Assembly: GCA_963791065.1 (NCBI GenBank)
Contig: CAWBQN010000018.1
Location: 391,917-455,916, forward strand
DNA length: 64,000 nt
DNA from: an uncultured Bacteroidales bacterium
GTDB lineage: Bacteria > Bacteroidota > Bacteroidia > Bacteroidales > VadinHA17
Reading direction: 5' to 3'
The translations under genes were made by a program, and so were the position numbers. Below, one piece after another: positions 41,226 to 50,200 of this stretch. Position 1 is the first letter of the stretch. Every line of letters starts with the position of its first letter. The notes beneath the pieces are model-generated. The model saw only the letters and a list, made by a program, of their open reading frames with translations. It was not told where the DNA came from and did not search any database.

Positions 41226-41277
41226 CAGTTTAATAGTCAAATTAAGTTTCATTAGCATTTTCTTTAATCATTCAATC

Positions 41278-44064
41278 ATGAAAAAAATCTATACATCTGT
41301 TGTACCTGTTCTGATCTGTATGTTCGTGTTTTTAGTCTCTGCCAATCCCCAGACTGGAACAGTAAAACAGGAAAAGCTGACCAGATTTGAATTACAGTCG
41401 TCGGTTTTGATTTCTTCATCCGGAGCTGAAATTTCGGCTCCCGGATATAAGTCAAGAGTGTACTGGTTCCCCGTAAAGGTGCCATCTACGGTCCTTACTG
41501 GTCTGGTAGCAAATAATGTGTATCCCGATCCATATTTGGGTCTTAACAATATGCTGATCCCTGACGCCTCTGATGAATTTAATAAAAAGTACAATCTTGA
41601 ACAATTCAGCCACCTTCCTGATAATCCTAATCCCTGGAAGAAGCCGTACTGGTATCGCACAAGCTTTAAAGTGCCGTCTAACGACAAAGGCCGGTGTTTT
41701 CAGCTGATATTTAAAGGAATAAATTATCGCGCGGCTGTGTGGCTCAATGGAAAACAAATTGCCGACTCCACAGAGATGGCAGGTATGTTTGCTGAGTACA
41801 GCCTGGATGTCACACAGCAAATTATTGCAGGCTCTGAGAATGCGCTTGCCGTAAAGATTTACCCGCTCGATTACCCGGGATTACCTGCCACGGAACAATT
41901 GAAAGCTCTGGGTGACTTTTTTGAGAATGGCGGTCCTACAGGAGATATAGGCAAGAATGTCACAATGCTTTGTTCAGTGGGCTGGGACTGGATCCCGCCT
42001 GTCAGGGATCGTAATATGGGTATCTGGCTTCCTGTTTACCTAAGAACATCAGGTGGTGTTACAATAGCTGATCCAAAAATCGTTACATCTCTTCCGGATC
42101 TGCCTGATACAACCGTTGCAAAGTTATCACTGAATCTTAAATTAATTAATCACAGCAGGACTGATGAAAGTGGTAAACTGATTGTCACCATAGCACCTGA
42201 AAACTTTAAAGGCAAAGCTCTGCAGTTTTCAAAGAATATACCGGTAACCGGAAATGCCCCGACAATCATGGACATGAATGGAGATAATACCCGGGAATTG
42301 AATATCAGTAATCCTGCTCTATGGTGGCCAAATGGTTATGGTAAACCAAATCTTTACAGGATCAGGCTTCAGTATTCAAACAACTCAGGTATCTCTGATG
42401 ATACTTCTTTCGTTTTTGGTATCCGGACAGTCAGTACTAAAGCAGTGGATATCAAGGGATCATACCGGCGCGACTTTTATGTAAACGAAAGACGGGTTCA
42501 TCTGACTGGGGGTGCATGGGTACCTGATATGATGTTAAATCGTGATTCCATCCGGTATGATTATGAGATGCATCTCTGCAGGAATTCAAATATAAATCTG
42601 GTCAGGATCTGGGGTGGCGGAGTGACACCCTGTGATGAGTTTTTTGAAGCAGCCGACAGATATGGATTGTTGGTATGGTCAGATTTCTGGATCACCGGAG
42701 ATACCCAGGGTGAGTTCAAAGGATCGCCAGAATGGCCGCTTGAAGCCAATGTGTTTATCAGAAACGTAAAGAGTACGATCCTGAGGATAAGAAATCATCC
42801 GAGCCTGCTGGTGTGGACCGGCGGCAATGAAGGTCATGCACGAAAAGAGTTATATGATGTTATGAGAGAAAGCATTATAACTCTCGATGGCACAAGGCCA
42901 TTTATTCCCAGTTCTTCCGGATTTGCTAAACTTCCTTCAGGCTGGAATGGTTCATGGCCGGATAATCTCCCTTCAGGTGTGTACAGCGGAGGTCCTTATA
43001 CATGGCAGGATCCAAAGGTATACTACTCAAAAGCTATTGCAGGACGGGACTGGGTGTTCAAAGATGAAACGGGATTGCCTTCGCAGCCGCCATATAATAT
43101 AATGTCTAAAATTATTCCTGATCTGGTCTGGGACAACAAATTACCTTTTCCTCTTAATAATTCATGGGGTTATCATGATGCATGTACCGGAAATGGCAGG
43201 TGGGATCTTTATTCCAGAGAGATGCTCAAGAGATACGGCGATCCGGTAAACATGGAGGATTATTGCAATAAGATGCAGTTGATGAATGCGATAGGTTATC
43301 AGGGAATTTTTGAAGCTGCAGGCCATAAGCTGAACGATATCGGCGGTGTTATGTTATGGAAAATAAATGCAGCTTTTCCAAGTGTAGTATGGCAGGTATA
43401 TGACTGGTTCCTGATGCCGAATGCAGGATATTATTTCATGCAGAATGCATGCGAACCTGTTCACATTCAGCTGAATCCGATCGATCTGAAAGTATCGGCA
43501 ATTAACAGGTCATATCATACATTATCCGGACTTGTTGCTGACATCGATATTTTTGGAATTGACTCAAAATCATTATTTCATGAAGAAAAAAACATCAGTC
43601 TTTCTACAACTGATGTTAAAGAGATAACCACGTTGTCACCTGTCCTGTCAGAGGCTAAAGGTGTGAATTTTGTTGTACTGAATCTGAAAAGCAGTACTGG
43701 CATGATGGTATCTCATAATGTATACTGGCTTTCAGCCAACGGAGATTACCAGCAATTAAATGAGATGGAAAAGACCAATATGGAAGCAGTGATCATTAAT
43801 TCGGTAAAAGGAAAAAGTGAAACAAGCTGGACCGTTAAAATAGCTAATACTTCAAATAAGCTGGCGTTTTTCATTCGTCCTCAACTGATAACTAATGGAG
43901 AAGAGATACTTCCAAGTTACTGGACAGCCGGGTATTTTACCCTGGCACCTTCTGAAGCCGCAACAATAACTGTTAGCTGCCCTTCGGTTAAACTTAATGG
44001 GAAAAAACCTATTGTCAGAATATCGGGTTGGAACGTGAATGCTAAAGATCTGCTGCTTAATTAA
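41278..44064 (+). CDS. Glycoside hydrolase family 2 (beta-mannosidase / exo-beta-D-glucosaminidase-like)
   Basis: Signal peptide from ATG 41278 (MKKIYTSVVPVLICMFVFLVSA). It has the GH2 sugar-binding domain (YWYRTSFKVP...FKGINYRAAVWLNG), WWPNGYGKPNLY and the catalytic region NLVRIWGGG...WSDFW...TGGNEG. The track ORF start 41215 overlaps the upstream gene and lacks a signal peptide. Confidence 0.7.
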   Translation: MKKIYTSVVPVLICMFVFLVSANPQTGTVKQEKLTRFELQSSVLISSSGAEISAPGYKSRVYWFPVKVPSTVLTGLVANNVYPDPYLGLNNMLIPDASDEFNKKYNLEQFSHLPDNPNPWKKPYWYRTSFKVPSNDKGRCFQLIFKGINYRAAVWLNGKQIADSTEMAGMFAEYSLDVTQQIIAGSENALAVKIYPLDYPGLPATEQLKALGDFFENGGPTGDIGKNVTMLCSVGWDWIPPVRDRNMGIWLPVYLRTSGGVTIADPKIVTSLPDLPDTTVAKLSLNLKLINHSRTDESGKLIVTIAPENFKGKALQFSKNIPVTGNAPTIMDMNGDNTRELNISNPALWWPNGYGKPNLYRIRLQYSNNSGISDDTSFVFGIRTVSTKAVDIKGSYRRDFYVNERRVHLTGGAWVPDMMLNRDSIRYDYEMHLCRNSNINLVRIWGGGVTPCDEFFEAADRYGLLVWSDFWITGDTQGEFKGSPEWPLEANVFIRNVKSTILRIRNHPSLLVWTGGNEGHARKELYDVMRESIITLDGTRPFIPSSSGFAKLPSGWNGSWPDNLPSGVYSGGPYTWQDPKVYYSKAIAGRDWVFKDETGLPSQPPYNIMSKIIPDLVWDNKLPFPLNNSWGYHDACTGNGRWDLYSREMLKRYGDPVNMEDYCNKMQLMNAIGYQGIFEAAGHKLNDIGGVMLWKINAAFPSVVWQVYDWFLMPNAGYYFMQNACEPVHIQLNPIDLKVSAINRSYHTLSGLVADIDIFGIDSKSLFHEEKNISLSTTDVKEITTLSPVLSEAKGVNFVVLNLKSSTGMMVSHNVYWLSANGDYQQLNEMEKTNMEAVIINSVKGKSETSWTVKIANTSNKLAFFIRPQLITNGEEILPSYWTAGYFTLAPSEAATITVSCPSVKLNGKKPIVRISGWNVNAKDLLLN

Positions 44065-44546
44065 TTTTTGGCTTTTCCCTGTTTCCTGATCTTTCCAACC
44101 TCCACAGCTGAAACGGAGGAGGCTTTGTTCCCCCAGCTGCTTCTTATATAAGTGAGAAGTTCGGCTATCTGCCTATCACTCAGGTATCCCTGGGCGGGCA
44201 TCAGCTGGTTATAGTCCTTACCATTAACTGTCAGGGGGCCCTGAAGACCGAATAAAACAATTCTGATCAGGTCAGAGGATGGACCTGTAATTTTCCCGTT
44301 CCCTGCCAGCGGGGGAAACATACCAGGTACGCCACCTCCATTCGCCTGGTGACAGGTGAGGCATTGTTTGGCGTATAATTGATTTACAGTTAATTGAGCA
44401 CCCTGAATTTCATTCGATCCAATTTCAGGTACGGTGGTTATTCTACACGATCCGTTATATTTGAAATCAACTTGAATGGCAGATAGTACTTTTAAAATCA
44501 GATAGCAGATAAAATACAGAATTACCAAACGGGGAGCTCTCATCAT
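44061..44546 (-). CDS. c-type cytochrome (single haem)
   Basis: CLTCHQ haem-binding motif, a downstream Met ligand region (QLMPAQ) and an N-terminal TM/signal segment. The start overlaps the upstream dehydrogenase stop (ATGA). Confidence 0.75.
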   Translation of the reverse strand: MMRAPRLVILYFICYLILKVLSAIQVDFKYNGSCRITTVPEIGSNEIQGAQLTVNQLYAKQCLTCHQANGGGVPGMFPPLAGNGKITGPSSDLIRIVLFGLQGPLTVNGKDYNQLMPAQGYLSDRQIAELLTYIRSSWGNKASSVSAVEVGKIRKQGKAKN

Positions 44547-45832
44547 TTTTTGTTATAAACTATGCGCCATACACGTCCTTTCTCGGAGTCGGCAACATAT
44601 AGAGAACCATCGGGTCCCTGTGCCAGCCCTGTAGGACGATAAACAGCATCAGTCACGTTTATGATAATTTTGACTCCCGCAAATCCATCTGCAAAGACTT
44701 CCATATCTCCTGCCGGCAACCCGTTGCTAAAAGGAACAAACGCAACCATATAGCCTTTTTGTTCAAGTGGTGCACGGTTCCACGATCCATGGAAGGCAAT
44801 GAATGCTCCATTCCTGTATCTGTCGGGAAACATATTACCTGTATAAAATAACAGGGCATTTGGAGCATAATGACCGGGAAATGCCATAATTGGAATTTTG
44901 GCATCGGAACATCGTCCGATAGCATTGCCGTCACCACCATATTCAGGCGCAAGCACCTTTTCATTTTTAATCTGATCAAAATAGCAATATGGCCAGCCAA
45001 AGAAGTCTCCATCATTTAACTGAATAAATTCTTCAGCAGGGAGATCTGCTCCCTGCTGTTCTGTATAAAGATTCGGGTATAATTGTGCAAGCTCATCGCG
45101 GCCATGCTGGACCACATATAATTTATTTGTAGAGGAGTTCCATGCAATGGCAATTGCATTTCTGATTCCCGATGCAAATCTTTTCCCGTCTGTCATTTGA
45201 TCCTGACCAGGCACATCGTTCCTGAACATCCAGATGCCTGCATATCGTTCGAGCAATGGGCATGGGTCTATTCCCGGAGATCCGGCTGTTCTGTCTTCAA
45301 CCTGACAAGCATTGGAAGGTGCTCCTACATTAACATAAAGATTGCCGGAACCATCCAGGGCGAAAGTCTTATCCGGATGCTGACCCGGATCAGGAAATCC
45401 CGATGCAATCAGAACCGGATCATCCTTCGGGACCAGGTCCTGATCGGCAAGCGGAACCCGGAATACCTGGGAGAAATTACTATAATACAGGTATCCGTCG
45501 GCATATGCGATTCCTGTAGTGAGTGTATTACCAAAATATACAATTGAATCTGCACGTCCGTCGCCGTTCAAATCGCGAAGAGCGACAATTCCTTTTCCAT
45601 TCTTGAGGCTTCGAAGAGCCAGATATACATCTCCGTTACCCTTTACGGCTATGTGCCGGCCGGCTCCGAGATTATCAGCTACGACCATCGCAGAAAACCC
45701 GTCAGGTAAAGTAAGACCTGCATTGTCAGCCGGAAGACTTAACTGCTGATTAGGATGGTTCCTGATACATGTACCGGAAATTCCGGCACAGATCAGAATT
45801 AGCGAAATTATAGATGTCTTAAATGTTTTCAT
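44543..45832 (-). CDS. PQQ-dependent sugar (sorbosone/glucose) dehydrogenase family, beta-propeller
   Basis: 429-aa secreted ORF with propeller repeats (RHIAVKGNGDVY, GIAYADGYLYY, PDGSLYVADSEKGRVWRI). It is co-operonic with the cytochrome c. Confidence 0.6.
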   Translation of the reverse strand: MKTFKTSIISLILICAGISGTCIRNHPNQQLSLPADNAGLTLPDGFSAMVVADNLGAGRHIAVKGNGDVYLALRSLKNGKGIVALRDLNGDGRADSIVYFGNTLTTGIAYADGYLYYSNFSQVFRVPLADQDLVPKDDPVLIASGFPDPGQHPDKTFALDGSGNLYVNVGAPSNACQVEDRTAGSPGIDPCPLLERYAGIWMFRNDVPGQDQMTDGKRFASGIRNAIAIAWNSSTNKLYVVQHGRDELAQLYPNLYTEQQGADLPAEEFIQLNDGDFFGWPYCYFDQIKNEKVLAPEYGGDGNAIGRCSDAKIPIMAFPGHYAPNALLFYTGNMFPDRYRNGAFIAFHGSWNRAPLEQKGYMVAFVPFSNGLPAGDMEVFADGFAGVKIIINVTDAVYRPTGLAQGPDGSLYVADSEKGRVWRIVYNKK

Positions 45833-45920
45833 ATATGCCTATTATTAATTTCAAATATTCAGCTAACTCCAGGCAGGAACATCCTTTATAATTCCAAGTC
45901 ATTACGTCAATTAAACGGTT

Positions 45921-46415
45921 CTACTTTGCCCTATCGTAAAAATATGTCCCGGTAGATTCGTTGCCTGACATTGCATTAGTGAATTCAAGAGTCAGCATTT
46001 GTCCTTCATTATCCAATTTCCAGGATTCTTTGGCAGTCATATTTTCCTCCCCGTTGTTGCCATTAAAGGTCGTAGCTGAGGAGATCTTTATTGACCCGTC
46101 AGAATCTGAACGGGTTGCCGTTGATGTCCTGGGCATATCATAAATGACTAGCTTGCACTCTTTACCATCAAGCGAAAGATTCTCATCGAAAGGATACTGT
46201 TCTCCATTCCCGTTTTCATATACACGTGTCGTAAGCAAGCTGTCTGGTTTAAACTTTATAGTTATAGAGGTAAGAAATAACTGGCCATCAGCAATAACAG
46301 ATTTTTCTTTGTTTAATTTCCACTCGCCTGACATATCTGCCTTCTGAGCAGATATAGTGGAGGCTGTAAGAATCAATAGCAGAATAAGTAAAGCAGTAAA
46401 TGGATTAGTTTTCAT
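45921..46415 (-). CDS. Hypothetical secreted protein (beta-rich, lipocalin-like size)
   Basis: 164-aa ORF with signal peptide MKTNPFTALLILLLILTASTISAQ. No family recognised. Confidence 0.5.
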   Translation of the reverse strand: MKTNPFTALLILLLILTASTISAQKADMSGEWKLNKEKSVIADGQLFLTSITIKFKPDSLLTTRVYENGNGEQYPFDENLSLDGKECKLVIYDMPRTSTATRSDSDGSIKISSATTFNGNNGEENMTAKESWKLDNEGQMLTLEFTNAMSGNESTGTYFYDRAK

Positions 46416-46484
46416 AATTATGGATTTTAAGTAAAGTGGATTAATAAATGTAAATGTATAAAAAAACCTGTGTAACCTGATTAT

Positions 46485-46889
46485 TCAAAAATACTTCCTG
46501 AATTTATCCCCGATCTTGAAGTATGTATATTTTCCGGCATCTTCTCCCGCTACATGTACAGCCATTCCCTCTGTTTCAAATGTGCTGTGTTCTCCAACTA
46601 TCTGGGAAAAATAAACATCATGGTTCATACCACCCTCATCAAGCAGTATTACATGGGCAAGATTTTTATGTATATCTGAAATCAGTGATACACTGCATAA
46701 TGGACAATAAAACTCCAGCATCTCACCTGTCCTTATCTCGAAAGTAGGGTGTTTGTGACTGGTATAGTTGCCGATGTGAGGACTTAATAAAAGAAGCGCA
46801 GACTGTTTTTTACTGTTTTTTACCTTAAAAATGAGATGATCGCCCACTCTGAGATACTCCCTGCATTTCGGACAAATAAAATCTAACAT
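46485..46889 (-). CDS. Hypothetical zinc-ribbon protein
   Basis: 134-aa ORF with CPKC (residues 6-9) and CPLC pairs. No family recognised. Confidence 0.45.
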   Translation of the reverse strand: MLDFICPKCREYLRVGDHLIFKVKNSKKQSALLLLSPHIGNYTSHKHPTFEIRTGEMLEFYCPLCSVSLISDIHKNLAHVILLDEGGMNHDVYFSQIVGEHSTFETEGMAVHVAGEDAGKYTYFKIGDKFRKYF

Positions 46890-47220
46890 TTTGACCTCCT
46901 ATTTCTTTCAAACGAACTGTAAAACAAAAAGAAAACAGGTTTTGTTGACTTTTTCTGAAATTGAATGATAAAACAGAGAATCCGGGCAGAATAAACAGAA
47001 ATGGCAGTCATTTTCTGAACCGCTGTAAATAATCTTTCAAAATAAATATTTCACCTGAAATCACTAGCGAGTTATGGCTCAGTAATTTATGAAAAGCTTT
47101 TCTGCCGTATCAAAAAAAAAACCAATAAACAAATACTTCTATGTAACAAAATGACATATTCGTCGTTTAAAAATACGTGTTGGTCATAGAAAACTGATTG
47201 TTCGTCAAATCCTGAAAGAT

Positions 47221-50200
47221 ATGAGATATGTCCTTATCCTGGTATTACTTTGCTGTAGTCTGACCTTATCAGGAACAACTTATTATATTGATCCGTCGGG
47301 TAACAATTCCAATAACGGATCTTCTGGTTCTCCATGGCAAACTCTTGCTTATGCATGTTCGAAAGTAACTGTTTCGGGTGATATAATTCATATTAATGCA
47401 GGAACCTATACCGTTTCTTCACAAATATCTGTTCCTGTAGGAGTGAGTATAGAAGGAGAAGGTATGGCTGCAACTACTATTATTTCTACTGTTACTGGCG
47501 GTTCTACTTTATATTTAGCGTCTAGTTCAGAGAATACGAATGGCAATCAACATATAAGCGGAATATACTTTAATGGGAACAATCGGACCACTCCTCTTGC
47601 CATTATGGTATATGCAAGAGGTAATATATCAATAGATAATAATACTTTTATTAATTATGATCAATACGGTGTAAGATTTGAAGGAGGTGCGGGGGGTGCA
47701 CGATCTACATCTGTAAAATATTCTACGGGTAATTCTTTCCATGATAATGTGGTTACTAACTGTGCATATTACTCTAGTGGTATTGGCGGTGGTGCTGCTT
47801 TGATGATTTCATGTCAAACTGGTTTCCTATGCTATAATAACACAGTTACCCAATCACGGACGACATATACAAATGGGTGCGGAATAAAAACAGGTGGATG
47901 GACAAGGGGATTTAAAATTTATAATAACACACTGACTGGTGACATAAACTCAGATAAAGGTCATGCCGATTCATGGGACTTTGCAATCGAAATGTGGGGG
48001 GATGTGGGATCAATTACGGAGGGTACAGAAATATATGGTAATAACATTTATAATTGGGAAATAGATATATCTGGCAGAATCACACAAAAAGGTTCTTATG
48101 ACTATGGGTGTTCAATACATGATAATTTCATTGGCTGTGTTAATGTGCCAGCAGTACCTAAGATAGGAATCTGGCTTGAAGCCAACACTTCTCTGGATTA
48201 TATTTTAATCTATAAGAATCATATAAAGAATGTTTCGAAAGGGATAGGATTTTATGCAACTAATCAAACTCCGTTACCACTCTTTTATAATAATATTTCT
48301 ATTTATTACAATCTTATTGATAATTGTGGCTATAATACAACTGGAAATGACCAGGCGCGTGGTATCTGGTGGTCACAAGCAAGTGGCACTACTAATACTG
48401 TAAATAATCTTAAAATATACAATAATGTAATAACAGCTAGAACCGCGGGTGCTCAGGAAGTAGGTATTGAGCTTGATTGTCTGGCAGGAGTAACTGCAAC
48501 AAATTTTGAGATAAAAAATAACATTGTTACCGGATTTGATGATGCTGCAATATTCACCGGGTTAAGCGGGACAATAGATTATTTAGCAATACAAAATAAT
48601 ATATTTTATAATAATGGGCAAAGTAATGCGCCAAAGATAAATATTACACCTGGTCATTATACTAATAGTGGAAATTTGACTTCTGATCCACTATTTGTTT
48701 CAACAAGCGATTATCACTTACAGGGGACTTCTCCCGCCATAAATGCAGGTATAAATATAACAGCTCTTGCCATGACAGCAGATTATTATGGGGCAGCTAT
48801 TGGGAGTCCGCCGGAGATAGGAGCCTGTGAATATGGATCAACAGGTACAGTACCAGTTGTCCCGGTTTATGTCAGTTCTGCAGTCTCAAATGCAACCCCT
48901 TCGATACTGGAAATGACATATAATAGTTCACTTGCGAATATTGTTCCGGCAGCATCAGCTTTTTCAGTACTGGTGAATTCAACCGCCAGAACGGTGAGTA
49001 CTGTCACTATTTCAGGAACCAAAGTTCAACTTAGTTTGTCAAGTCCGGTAATTTCCGGAGATGTTGTGTCTGTAGCATATTCGAGTCCATCGGCCAATCC
49101 ACTTCAGTCATCATCAGCCGGGATAGCGGCTTCTATCATCGCAAAGACAGTTACTAATGGTGTTACGGCAACAATACCGGTTTATGTCAGCTCAGCAATT
49201 GCCAGTGCGGCACCTTCACTTCTGGAGATGACTTATAATACATCACTTACTAATATTATTCCTGCAACTTCATCTTTTTCAGTTCTTGTGAATTCAGTAA
49301 CGAGAGCAATAAACACCGTTGCTATTTCAGGGACCAAAGTCCAGCTTACTCTGGCAAGTCCAGTCGTTAATGGAGATGTCGTTACCGTTTCTTACACCAA
49401 ACCGGCAGTCAACCCATTACAGACAGCATCAGCCGGAATAGCAGCTTCTGTCAGTGCAAAGACAGTTACCAATGGTGTTTCGGCAGCAATACCGGTTTAT
49501 GTCAGCTCTGCAATTGCCAGTGCGGCACCTTCACTTCTGGAGATGACTTATAATACATCACTTACTAATATTATTCCTGCAACTTCATCTTTTTCAGTTC
49601 TTGTGAATTCAGTAACGAGAGCAGTAAACACCGTTGCTATTTCAGGGACCAAAGTCCAGCTTACTCTTGCAAGTCCTGTCGTTAATGGAGATGTTGTTAC
49701 TGTTTCTTACACCAAACCGGCAGTCAACCCATTGCAGACAGCATCAGCCGGGATAGCAGCTTCTGTCAGTGCAAAGACAGTTACCAATGGTGTTTCGGCA
49801 GCAATACCGGTTTACGTCAGCTCAGCAATTGCCAGTGCGACACCTTCACTTCTGGAGATGACTTATAATACATCACTTACTAATATTGTTCCTGCAACTT
49901 CATCTTTCTCAGTTCTTGTGAATTCAGTAACTAGAGCAGTAAACAGCGTTGCTATTTCAGGGACCAAAGTCCAGCTTACTCTTGCAAGTCCCGTCGTTAA
50001 TGGAGATGTCGTTACCGTTTCTTACACCAAACCGGCAGTCAACCCATTACAGACAGCATCAGCCGGAATAGCAGCTTCTGTCAGTGCAAAGACAGTTACC
50101 AATGGTGTTTCGGCAGCAATACCGGTTTATGTCAGCTCTGCAATTGCCAGTGCGGCACCTTCACTTCTGGAGATGACTTATAATACGTCACTTACTAATA

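Noticed and set aside
41215-41277. Upstream start 41215 for the GH2 gene, and TTG 1208 for glmM
   Set aside because: The 41215 extension overlaps the preceding gene and precedes an obvious signal peptide starting at ATG 41278. The 1208 extension precedes the conserved MALIKSISGIRG start at 1253.
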